DNA from: Mobula birostris
Lineage: Eukaryota
DNA: 64,000 nucleotides
Assembly: GCF_030028105.1 (NCBI RefSeq)
Contig: NC_092397.1
Coordinates: forward strand, 31,277,097-31,341,096
Direction: 5' to 3'
Made by a program: the position numbers and the translations under genes. Positions 36,870-49,000 of the stretch are shown in pieces. Every line of letters begins with the position of its first letter. Positions within the stretch are counted from its first letter, which is position 1. The notes beneath the pieces are model-generated. The model saw nothing but the letters and a program-made list of their open reading frames with translations, was not told where the DNA came from and did no database searches.

Positions 36870-38660
36870 TAGCTGCGGAGTTTTCTGCATAAAATCATTG
36901 ACTGATTTTGAAACATGTGGCGTGGAACCAGCACTTGCCCCTCAAATTAATCCAGTCTGTTAACAACAGCACATCACCTCCCTTTTCCAAAATATAATTC
37001 AACCACACTATCACCATCCATTCCGTAAGTTTACACAAATGGGACGTCAGTGATATTGGTCTATAACTAGAAGGATCCATCAGGGGTTTCCCAGGTTTTA
37101 GAATAGACACAATTGCCATTTTCCATGAGGAGGGAAGATGGCCTGAACTCCAATTATGATTCTAAAAATGTCATATTATCTCAAGGGGGTTGTTGACCAT
37201 ATGTTTAAACATGCAATAACATGTATCATCCTTTCCTGGAGCCATCTGACCTGTACTATAAATAGCTTTCTTAAATTCACACAAAGAAACTCTACATCAC
37301 TAATACTATCATTGCTACAGCTGGTTTCCAACACATTAAGATATTCTTGTAAAACCTTATTGCTACATTGTTTAGTCTCTCCACCTATTTTGATTATGAA
37401 TTGCAGCAAATGACCGAGCCAGGACTCAACCGTCTCTCCTTCAGGAACAATTGTATTACCTTCTTTAATCAATATTCGGAACCCTATGAATCCCACACCC
37501 CCATTTTCTTAGTCATCCCCCAAACATCTTCAAGTTTAATAGTCCTTCCAATACTTTCACAATATGACCTCCAGTAAATCTTTTTCACAAGCTTCATTAC
37601 TTTCCTCACCACGGCCTGTGACCTGTTACACTTAATATGATTACGCGGAGAGTGATACTTCCTAACTTTCGGAAATGCCACGTTTCTCTCAGTAACTGCC
37701 TCTGCACACTCCTCCGTCCACCACGGTACAGCACTTTTTAAATTGAATCTCTGCCACCACTATTTGATGAATAATGTCACAACGTTTCTTTGCAGAAATC
37801 CACATCATCCTCACCATTCAGCCCAGACAGACGTTCAGCACATAAAACATTCAAACTTCTCCCAATTTGCTTTACCAGAGTTCCACCTCCTAAAAGTGGC
37901 CTCATGCCCCCCTATATAAATCCAAACCCAAGCTTATAAACATCGGAAAACGATCACTCCCCAATGCTTCATCTCCCATGACATCCCACTACTCACTGCA
38001 ATGTTCAAAACGAAAGTTAAATTTACAGCATTTTCAGAACTATTATGAACATTAAATCTCGTACCTCTCCCACCATAAAGACTAACAGGATATGAAATAT
38101 CTGAAACTCTTCTATAAACAAAATATTACCAATCTGAGAACAACCCCACAGTGAATTAACTATGTGTTAAAATCCCCACACCATACAACGCTTAGTGAGC
38201 TAGAGCTACGTATACTCTCCAACAAATCAATCGGAAGCTTTCCACAATGGTTATAATAATACACAAACACGAGGAAATCTGCAGATGCTGGAATTTCAAG
38301 CAACGCGCATAAAAGTTGCTGGTGAACGCAGCAGGCCAGGCAGCACCTCTAGGAAGAGGTACAGTCGATGTTATAATAATATACCACTTTATTGCCCCTA
38401 CCTGTGGAATCAAATGTGTCTTCAAATGCCTCATACATTTCATTTACATCCACAACTTTATGCCCTCTCCCTCTCTTTAAAAAATACTTGCAACACCACC
38501 TCCTCTACCAACTAATCTATCACGCTTAATTACAATATAACACTTGAAGGAAGAACTTAAATGCGATAACAATCAGGTTTCCTGAATACATATAATATCA
38601 CATAGATTTGATAAATCAGAAATAAACTTGAAGTTTTGACCATTAGAAATCAGGCTTCTG
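36870..38660 (-). mobile_element. Decayed I/Nimb-clade-like LINE ORF2 (endonuclease to RT start)
   Basis: RSLISNGQ..DIICIQET, AVPWWTEECAEAV, YWRSYCESIG, ILKPGKP.MDPSSYRPISLTSHLCKL. Confidence 0.75.
38250..38381 (-). mobile_element. Short Penelope-derived repeat insertion with 12-bp direct flanking repeat GTTATAATAATA
   Basis: Direct repeats at 38250-38261 and 38370-38381 around the CTGCAGATGCTGGAA..GCAGGCCAGGCAGC repeat. Confidence 0.8.
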
Positions 38661-38699
38661 AAAATCGCCCTTCTGATGCAGGCGGGGCGGGAGGTGCGG

Positions 38700-39100
38700 A
38701 ATGTAGTGGGACGTTTATGATTGGTGAACCAGTGCCCATTCTGATTGGAAAGAGCAAATATTCCAATCACAGGGCTGCCTTATTCACCAATCAAGAGACA
38801 GCAACTGCAGAAGCGCGGAAAATACCGTCTAACCGCCGAAATAAACTGAAATTTGCAATACACCGCCAAAAAAAGCCTTTGTTGCTGAAATTAAACCGCA
38901 ACAGGCTTGTTTGTAGGCTCTTTACCCCCGTTACTGGAGTCCGACACACTTAAACAAAGTGTAGTTAATATTGCGATGGTGTCTGAGAAATTAGTTCACC
39001 GATATCTTTCAATTGATAAACGATTGGAATAAAACCGGTTCTCAGCTGCTGTTCGCGGTCGGTCATTATGTAAACTCAAGTCAGTTTAGCAAGGGGTCGC
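38700..39100 (-). promoter_or_regulatory. Orphan H2A-type promoter and H2A-H2B spacer (H2A CDS missing)
   Basis: CTGCCTTATTCACCAATCAAGAG, AGAAGCGCG, CCGCCAAAAAAA and GTGTAGTT..GTGTCTG match 29410-29640. Confidence 0.75.
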
Positions 39101-39479
39101 CCGTCAGAAAGTGGAGCTTTAACAAATACTCTGAACGACCCGTGACAGTGTTCAGCTCTTGCGTCGGAATGGGGTTAAGAGAAGTATCGAAAATGGGACA
39201 AAGCTAAATGAACCCACGGTAATTAAACCAGAAACATTAGCGTCCATGTCAGAGAAATCTGATGACCGAGAGGAAGCGACGGGGAAACGGGTGTGTAACG
39301 ATTCCATGTCTGGGCAGTTGGCAGGAATTAACAGAGAAATTGGGATTATACTGAGCAGCGGACAGCAAGTTCTGATTAACGGGGATAAGATTCTGAATGA
39401 GCATTTCAACAAAAAAAATCCAAATTTACCTCAATTCCATGTCTCAACATCGTGTAACTCTTTTAATGAAACCGTGAGT

Positions 39480-39495
39480 GGCTCTTAAAAGAGCC
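39480..39495 (-). terminator. Histone 3' stem-loop of H2B copy 2; HDE AAAAGAGTTA
   Basis: Reverse complement GGCTCTTTTAAGAGCC. Confidence 0.95.
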
Positions 39496-39532
39496 TTTGA
39501 TTTTCCGGTTTGTTTTGTCAGTGAACTTGTCT

Positions 39533-39907
39533 TCACTTGGAGCTGGTGTACTTGGTCACAGCCTTTGTCCCTTCGGACACGGCGTGCTTGGCCAGCTCCC
39601 CGGGCAGCAGCAGGCGCACGGCGGTCTGGATCTCCCGGGAGCTGATGGTTGACCGCTTGTTGTAATGGGCCAGGCGGGAAGCCTCGCCCGCGATGCGCTC
39701 GAAAATATCGTTCACGAATGAATTCATGATGCTCATGGCCTTGGAGGAGATGCCGGTGTCGGGGTGAACCTGCTTCATCACTTTGTAGATGTAGATGGCG
39801 TAAGTCTCCTTCCTCGACCTCTTGCGCTTCTTGCCAGTCTTGCTCGCTGGTTTGGACAAAGCTTTCTTGGCGCCCTTCTTGGGAGCGGGTTTCGCTGGAT
39901 CAGGCAT
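39533..39907 (-). CDS. H2B: Histone H2B copy 2 (124 aa)
   Basis: [19 protein letters not shown]...AVTKYTSSK; ATG at 39907; TATTTAA, variant octamer ATTAACAT (39985-39992) and CCAAT upstream. Confidence 0.98.
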   Translation of the reverse strand: MPDPAKPAPKKGAKKALSKPASKTGKKRKRSRKETYAIYIYKVMKQVHPDTGISSKAMSIMNSFVNDIFERIAGEASRLAHYNKRSTISSREIQTAVRLLLPGELAKHAVSEGTKAVTKYTSSK

Positions 39908-41938
39908 TTCCTCGTCGGGTTCAAACACGATAATGAGCAGAAGCTGTTCGGAGCGCGGATTAAATAGGCAGCGCCCAAAGCGGTATGTTAATGAGGATGG
40001 GAATGCTGAGCATTTCCATTGGCTGTTTGGAGAAATGAATCACCAATCGGAACGCTGGGGGATGGGAAGCGGCGCCAATGGGCGGAATTTTCCGCTGTCG
40101 TTTGATGCGGGCGGAAGTACTGAAGGGCAGAGACAGGCCGGGGTGCGGGCTGAAATTGAAAAGGGAAAGGCAAATTTCAAAAGCCGAATGAAAATAAAAT
40201 CAGATGAAATATTGTAAAATTAAACACTAGGACATTTAGTTCATGACATAGGGCTGCAGGAGAGTGAAGGAGAGATTTGGACATTTCAGTGTAAAGTTTA
40301 AATCGAGTTTATTTATGCACAGGTGAAAGGATCAAAGTATTTGTAGCAGCATCACAGACACATTGCATCAGAGACACAACACTGACAAGAAACACTGATA
40401 TTAAATATGAATTATACCAAAATATTCAAACAGACAGAAGACTATCAGAACAAAATCAAAATAACAAACAGATTATGCCGGCAGTGGGAGAATCATCCCT
40501 CTTGTGCCTCTTCATCTCGTCACTCTAGATTCAGTGTCACACAACGCTGCCACTTTGATCTGGCCTATGCCTTCATCAACCAAGTCCAACACTTGCCTTT
40601 AGTGCATCTTCTTCCCCCTTACACTGGTCATCGGGTTTGTGGGGGTGTGCCCAGGGTTAGTGGGGGTGTGTGCCCCTTTGGACCTCAGGATTAGGTTTGA
40701 GGGTAGGGCTGGTGGATGTATATGCGGGGCTGGGAGAGATAATGCTGTGGAGTTTAGTATGGTGAGATAGGTGGGGCTATGGTGGATAGGGTAGTGTAGT
40801 GTAGCCACTTCAATCTGGCCCATGCCCTTCATTAACGTGGCCTGACACCACTTGGCTTAATGAACCGGGTGTTGCAAAGGGACACATCGTCAGTATGCAA
40901 CCTGGGGTCATTGGGTGTTTTGGGTCTTTAATCATGAGACATCCTCGCCCAGGCAACCCAGCCAGGGTTAATCAGGCCCGCTTGTGTTTATCCCATGGAT
41001 CAAGGTAACGAGAGGCATGTAATTCTGCATGTTGTGGGTATTTTAAACCTTGTTACTTGGCTTTATTTTGACCATTTGGGGAGTAGAATGTTCTGAGGCC
41101 TAGTAATCAGGCTTTACCTCCAAGTAAGGTTCAACTTTCCTACTTTCAATTTAGAATTGTCTTTATTTTGCATCTGTATGCCTGGGATTGCATGGGTTAA
41201 ATTAACAGTGTTCACTGCAGTACAAATTAGTGATTAGGTCTGTGGAGATTGGTCCATAATTCCAAAATGCAAACATCTCTGAAATCCAGATTTTTTTGTG
41301 CTGACATGACATCACAAATGGAGAATTTTACTCAGGATTAAATGGCTTGCCTAATGAAGAGAGTTTCACGGCTCTGGGCCTCTATTCATTGGAACTTCGA
41401 AGAAAGAAGGGTTACCAAATTGAAACCTATCAAATAGTGAAAGGGCTTGATTGAGTGGATGTGGAGAGGATTTTTCTTGTGATGGGTGTGTCTAAAACTG
41501 GACCACACAGCTTCACAATAGAGGGTCATCCTTTTAGAATGGAAATGAGGAGGAATTTCTTCAGCCAGAGAGTGGTGAATCTGTGAATTTTTTTGCTACA
41601 GGCAGCTGTGGAGGCCAAATCACTGGGTATAGGCAGAGATTGATAGATTCTTGATTGGTCAGGGCATGAAGGGATACAATGGAAGGCAGGAGATTGGGGC
41701 TGAGAGGAAAAATTGATCAGTGATGATGAAATGCCAGAGAAGGCTCAACAGGCAAAATGGCCGAATTCTGCTCCTGTATCTTATGGTCTTATGGACTCAC
41801 TTAGTGACTAAATCTCTCCCAGAGATCTCAGCTTTGACTCAACCCAGCAACTGAGGCTCCACATTACTTATATAAGGAATACAGAAGTTCTTTGTTCTCT
41901 GATTAACAAAACATCTCATTTCCATCCTGAATGCTTGT

Positions 41939-42203
41939 CACCTCATTCTGAGCAACAGACACAAAATGCTGGAGGAAGTCAGCAGGTCAGGCAGCATCTA
42001 TGGGAAAGAGTAACGAGTCGATGCTTCGGGCTGAGAATCTTCACCCTGAGATCTGATGAAGTGTCTCGGCCCGAAGTGTCGACTGTTAACTCTTTTTCAT
42101 AGAGGCTGCCTGTCCTGTTGAGTTCTTCCAACATTTTGTGTGTGTTGCGTTTGATTTCCAGCATCAGGAGATTCTCTCGTGTTTGTGATTTACACCTCAT
42201 TCT
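41939..42203. mobile_element. Fold-back (inverted dimer) Penelope-derived repeat with 11-bp flanking direct repeat CACCTCATTCT
   Basis: 41960-42035 is the reverse complement of 42060-42140; CTGATGA at 42053; direct repeats 41939-41949 and 42193-42203. Confidence 0.8.
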
Positions 42204-44004
42204 AAGGGTATTTTCCTCAGATATGGAGTTCTCATTCAGGGGAAAGATCCTCCTTGCCTATTGCCTGTCATATCCTGAAAGAATCTAACAGATTTCCTCG
42301 TTTTCTCATGAACAGCAGGGAATACAGACCCAGCGCACTCACTCTCCTCTCATATAACCAACCTTCCATCCCCGGAACCAACCCAGTCAGTGCGGGGAAC
42401 AGTCACTGCACTCCCTCTATTGCAGGGATATCCTTCCTGAGGAAGTGTGACCAAACCTGGACACGATACTCAAGGTGTGCTCTCACCAGGGCCCTATATA
42501 ATCCCAGTGAGACCTCTGTACCCTCTTGTACAATCTCCATGGATCACAGGACAAAATACTGTTTGAACATAGAATAGAACAGCACAGTACAGGCCCTTCG
42601 GCCCACAATGTTGTGCCGACCCTCAAACCCTGCCTCCCATATAAATAGAACATAGAATAGTACAGCACAGTACAGGCACTCTCATTACTTGTTGTATCTG
42701 CATGTAAACTCAAGTGATTTGTTTACAAGGATGCCCAGGTCCCTCTGAACATCCCTGTGTGGAAATGACTCTTACAGTGTGTTCCTGGGAATGGGTGATC
42801 ACACATTTCCCCACATTCTGTTCCATCTGCCACATCCTCAACCATTCACTCTCCTGTCTACATCCCCCAAACCTCCTCACTACTGACACTGTCCCTCCCG
42901 CTCTGCCACAGCAGCAGACATAGTCACTGAGTTATGCAGCACAGAAACAAGTCCTTCAGCCCAACACATCCATGCTGACCAAGTGGCCAAACAAAATTAT
43001 TGTCAGTTGCCTGCATTTGGCCCTTGGCCCATGTCCCTGTGAAACTTCCCTTCCCACAGTCCAAGAGATATTGCAACTGTGCCCACCTACACCACCACTT
43101 GGGGTAGTTTGTTCCATGTAAACAGCACATTCTGTGTACAAAACCTGCTCCTCAGGGTCCTATTTAAATCTTTCCTCTCTCACTTTATATCTGTAATCTC
43201 TCACTTCCAACTCCATAAACCTGGAGAGAACAGATTCACTGTTGACCATATCTATGACTGCCATTATTTTATCACCTCTCTAATGTCACATACACTCTGG
43301 TGAGAAAGGTCCTGGCCTATGCAGCCTCCTGTTAAATCCCTTTTGCACCCTCTCCAGTTTAATGTCACCCTCTGATCACATGGCAACTATAACTGTACTC
43401 CGTGCTCCAAGAGTAGTTTCCCTGAGGCTGGTAGAGCTGTAACGTGACGTCACAGTCCAGTGCCCGATACTCTACCCGATGAATGCGAGTGTGGCGAACA
43501 GCTTCTTCACCGTCCTGCCTACCTGTGTTTACACTCTGAAGGAATTCGATATCTACACCCCGATATCTCTGTTTTACAGCACTCCCAGGGACAGACCATT
43601 CCCCACGGCAGTTCTGCCCTGGTTCGTCAATGACAATGGAACATCTCACATTTATCTGTCATTCCTCAAATCAGTGACCTCATTGATCACCGTCCTGTTG
43701 TAATGTTAGTTACATTGTTTCACACTCCACGATATCACCAACTTTAGTGAAATCGATAAATTTGCTGAGCCGGGCAGTGACGTTATCAGCCCTGACTCAG
43801 CTCCCGGGCTTTTCCTCGCAGCGATACACGCGCAGTGCTGGAGGAACTCAGCAGGCCAGGCAGCATCTATGAGAAACTGGAAACAGCCAACGTTTCAGGC
43901 CGAGACCCTCCATCAGCATCCGCACAATGGTCTTGTGTTTGGTTTTCCTTCGATTCTAAGTTACTGGATAACATGACCCATCCTCCAATCCTCTGCCACC
44001 ACTC

Positions 44005-44220
44005 CTGCCCGAGAAACGCGCAGAGAGACAGAGGCGGGGAGGGGAGGAGACAGAGTCAGAGTGACGGACAGAGCCGAGAGCGGCCTCTCATCGTCCAGCT
44101 CCGTCTTCACTTTAATACACCCGGCAATTTCCAACGGTTTGTCCGAAACACTGAGCTCCAGAGAGAGAGAAAAAAACGACCTCTGACACCACGTACAGAA
44201 GGAGTTCTAGGAATTTACTG
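44005..44220 (-). promoter_or_regulatory. Orphan truncated H4 promoter copy
   Basis: CTGCCCGAGAAACGCGCAGAGAGACAGAGGCGGGG..CATCGTCCAGCTCCG matches 45088-45187; stops before TATA and CDS. Confidence 0.85.
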
Positions 44221-44651
44221 GCGGTCGGACTTCATCGGATCAGATTAGAGTGTGATTGGCGCAGGATCAATTTCAAATTGCCCGCCAATTTCAGAGCACC
44301 CAGCAACGGTGATGGAAGACTTTTTTAAAAATTATTTACCGTTAGTTTTATCACGCATTATACAATTTCAGTTTCATTTAATAAAATTAATATCTAATCC
44401 CCTGAGTTAAGATTTAAATGCATAATTACGGAGTCGCTTCTCTAAACGAGTGAACTGATTCCTGTCCGAGACGGATAAAAGAATGAAGATCGATCTTAAC
44501 GCGTTCTGAAGTAATCACCGACTGGAAAGGCAGATTCGCAGGAATATTGCAAACCGAACCGATTAATCTGTTTCAAATGTAACTCAGCTGAATGTATCGA
44601 TAAAAATAATTAAAAGTCTGTGGATACGGCTCCGTCTGTGAGGCGGTGGGT

Positions 44652-44667
44652 GGCTCTTAGAAGAGCC
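44652..44667 (-). terminator. Histone 3' stem-loop of H4 copy 2
   Basis: Reverse complement GGCTCTTCTAAGAGCC. Confidence 0.95.
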
Positions 44668-44700
44668 TTTGTTTTGTGCTCGGGAGGAAGTGGGAGTTTT

Positions 44701-45021
<321 letters not shown>

Positions 45022-47504
45022 TCACTCAGGTCGCTGCTCACTGACAAACTGCCTGCTGCTGTCTCCTTTTATACACAGCGCCCCGACCTGCCCGAGAAAC
45101 GCGCAGAGAGACAGAGGCGGGGAGGGGAGGAGACAGAGTCAGAGTGACGGACAGAGCCGAGACCGGCCTCTCATCGTCCAGCTCCGCCTTCACTTTACCA
45201 CAACCGGCAATTTCCAACGATTCATCCGACACAAAGCGCTCCAGCGAAAAACAAAACTCCCTCACACACAGTCTGAAAAGAACGAGAGCCAATGTCAGGC
45301 CAATAAACATGGTGGGACTGATGGGCTGAAATGAGTTTATTTCAACACTAGGAGTACTACGTTATCGGACGGACAGGGCTGGCAGCTCAACATTCCTGGG
45401 ATTCATTGTTTTACATGTGAGTGGGGGGTTAAAAATGCAGAGGTTACCCCACTGGGAATGTCACAGCAAACTGGAAGGTTCATTTACCGAGGCAATCTGC
45501 AGTTACACTGTTGGGGCGTTTGTATTGGCCCCGCAACAACCAGTGGGGGGACATTATCTTCTCTAGATTAACTGGAACTTGCTTAATTCTTAAATGCGCC
45601 AGATTTCTTCAGTGAATCTGAGAGGTGTTTGAAACATTATGTACAGAGCCCAACCAGAGGTGAGAACAGATGGGAATGAGCCAGGCCAGGTGACAGTTGA
45701 GAGTCAGTGAACATTTTGGGAACAGTGATCACAAGTTTCTTTTTTTCTTAGTTACAAGTAAAAATAAAAGTAGATCTTGTATGAAGGTACTAATTTGCAG
45801 GAGGACAAGTCAGGACGGAGGAAGACAGGAGCCAGGCAACATTGATTGGGAGCAGCCACTGTCAGACAAGTCCACATCTGATGTGTGGGAGTTGTTTAAA
45901 GACCAGCAACTCTGAGTTCAGGATCAGCATGTTCCGGTGAGGAGTGAGGAGAAGGATGGTAAGTAAGAGATCTTTAGACAAGCGGAGAGATCCTAACTTT
46001 AGTCAAAAGGTTATGGAAAGTTTGTGAAGCTAAAGTCAGACTGGGTACCTTTGGAATATAAAGATAGCAGGGAAATGCTGAAGCAGGTGATAGGAAAGGC
46101 CAAAAGGGGCCACAAACTGTCCTTGTAATGTAGGACCAAAGATGATCCCAAGGCCTTGTGATTTGTATTAATAAGACGAGGATAACCAGAGAATAGAAAT
46201 GTCGACTCAAGATTAAAGGAGGAATGATGTGGTTGAAGTCAGATCAAGTGGCTGAGGTACTAAATGAGTATGTTGTGTCAGTATTTACTGAAGTGAAGGA
46301 ATTGAATGGCAATGAAAACAGAATGAGACATGCGAATGTGCAGAGACATTTTGAGAGTAAGGAGCAGGTTGTGCTGGGACGTCTGAAAAGCAATAAGATG
46401 GCTAAGACTCCAGGGCCTGAAGGCAAATATCCTACAACAGTGAAAGAAACAAGTGAGCAGATTGCCGGTGATTTGACAAGGATCTGTGTGTCCTCGATCA
46501 CAACATGTGAGGTCCCACAGGACTAGAGTGTCAGAAATATTGCAGCTTTGATCAAGAAGGGAAATAACAAGAATCCAGGAACCTATAGGCAAGGCAGCCT
46601 CATTTCAGTGGTAGAGAAGCTACTGGGGAGGATATTGAGGTACAGGATTTATGCACATTTGGAAAGGCATGGCCTGCTTAGGGACAATCAACATGGTTTT
46701 GTGTGGGCAGATCATGCTTGACAAAATTGATTGAAGTTTCTCAGGAAGTGACACAGGCTAAGATACAGGAGCAGAATTCAACCATTTGGCCCGTCGTCTG
46801 CTCTGACATTTCATTGTGGCTGATCCATTTTTCCTTTCGGCCCCAGTCTCCTGCCTTTCCCCTGTATCCCTTCATACTCTGACCAATCAAGAATCTATCA
46901 ACCTCTGCCTTAAATATACATAAAGTCCTGGCTTAACAGCTCCCTGTGGCAATGAATTCCACAGATGAACCACTCTCTGGCTAAAGAAATTCCTCATCTG
47001 CACATTCTACAAGGATGTTCCTCTATTCTGAGGCTGTGTCCTGATATTAGACACTCCCACCCATCTTCTGCACATCCACTTTATCACTGCCTTTCACCAT
47101 TCGATAGGTTTCAATTGGGCCACCCCTCATTGTTCAAAAATTCCAGTGAATACAGGCCCAGAGCCATCAAACACTCTTCATATGACAAGATGTTTCATCC
47201 TGGAATCAATCTGGAGAACCTCCTTTGAAACCCATCGAGTTTCAGCTCATCCTTCCTTAAGATGAAGAGCCCAAAACTGCTCACAATTCTCCAGTGAGAC
47301 CTCCACAGTACTTAATAAAGTCTGATCATTACTATGATTGGCGCAGATATTGTGAGACGAAGGGCAGGTTGCCATCTGTTCCATATTGTGTACTGATGAA
47401 TATGTTTGATCTGACAGTAATTGCAGGGACATGGTGACAGAGACTGGGACTTCGACATTCTACTATATTCAATGTTCCACACGGAATTGGCAAAATGTAA
47501 GTTA

Positions 47505-49000
47505 TTAGGTTTTATTGTTTTGCAATGGATTTAATTTGGCTTTTTTGACACTGATCAACAGAAAAGACTATGGTGTCAAAGTGAAAACAGATCTAAATTA
47601 ATTGTAAATATGAAACAAAATAATTCATTGCCTTAGTATTTACCTCCTTCAAAGCCGTAATTAGTTGATGCACCTTTGGCAGTATTTACAGTTGAGTCTG
47701 TGTCAATAGGTGTCTATCAGCTTTGCACATCTGAACACTGCAATTTTTCCACATTCTTCTTTACAAAACTACAGAAGCTCTGTCAGAATGCATGGGTTAG
47801 TGAGCGAACACTTCTTTTCAAGTCCAGCCACAAATTCTCAATTGGATTGAGGTCTGAACTCTCACAAAGCCACTCCAGGACATTAACTTTGTTGTTTTAA
47901 GGCATTCCTTTGCAGCTTTGGTTTTATGCTTGTGGTCATTGTCATGCTGGAAAATTAATTTTCTCCTAAGTCGCAGTTCTCTTGAAGACTGAATTTGGTT
48001 TTCCTCCAGGATTTCCCTGTATTTTGCTGCATTCATTTTACCCTCTACCTTTATGTGCCTTTCAGGGCCTGCTGCAGTGAAGCACACCCACAGGATGATG
48101 CAGCCTCCACCATACTTCACGGTAGGGATGGTATGTTTTTGATGTTGTGCAGTGTTTGCCTTACTCCAAACTTAGTGTTTGTGATGGTCAAAAGGTTCAA
48201 TTTTGTTTTCATCAGACCATAGAATCTTCTTCCAACTAACTTCAGAGTCCCCCACAATTCTGGGAAACTCCAGGGAAGATTTCATCAGAGCATTTTTCAA
48301 CACTGGCTTTTTCTCTGCCACTCTCCCGTAAAGCTGCGACTGGTGAAACACCCGGGCAACAGTTGATGTTTGCACAATCTCTCCCACCACTGAAGCTTGT
48401 AACTCCTCTAGAGTTATCATAGGTCTCTTGGTGGCCTCCCCCACTGGCCCCTTCTTGCATGGCCATTCAGTTTTTGAGGATAGTCTGCTCTTGGTAGATT
48501 TACAGCTGTGCCATATACTTCCCACTTCTGGATGAGTGACTTAACTGTACTCCAAGGGCATTCAGTGACTTGGAAATGTTCTTGTATCCATCTCCTGGCT
48601 TGTGTTTGTCAATTACCTGTTTGCAGAGCAGCTCAGAGTGTTGATTTGTCTTCACGGTGTAGTTTCTCCCAGGATACTAACTCACCAGCAGTTCGACCTT
48701 CCACTTACAGGTGTACTATTACTACAATCAATTGAAACACCTTGACTGCACACGGTGATCCCCATTTAACTGATCATGCAACATCGAAAACTAGTTGGCT
48801 GCACCAATGATGATTCGGTGTGTCAGTGTCATATTAAAGGGGGTGAATAATTAAACAGACAATTATTTTGTGTTTTAGATTTGTAATTAGTTTAGAGCAT
48901 TTTGTAGAGATTTGTTTTCCCTTTGACACAAAAGAGTCTTTTTCCATTGATTGGTTTCAAAAAAAGCCAAATTCAATCCACTGAGATTCAATGCTGTAAA
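47505..49000 (-). mobile_element. Decayed Tc1-family DNA transposon with long inverted repeats
   Basis: Transposase fragments EATKRPMITLEELQASV, WKKILWSDENKIE, KYGGGCIILW.CF, FQHDNDHKH; ~47510-47652 is the imperfect reverse complement of ~48832-49000. Confidence 0.88.

Noticed and set aside
42565-42680. Repeated GAACATAGAATAG..CAGCACAGTACAGGC as a novel element
   Set aside because: Matches CR1-type 3' tail fragments on the - strand, locally duplicated
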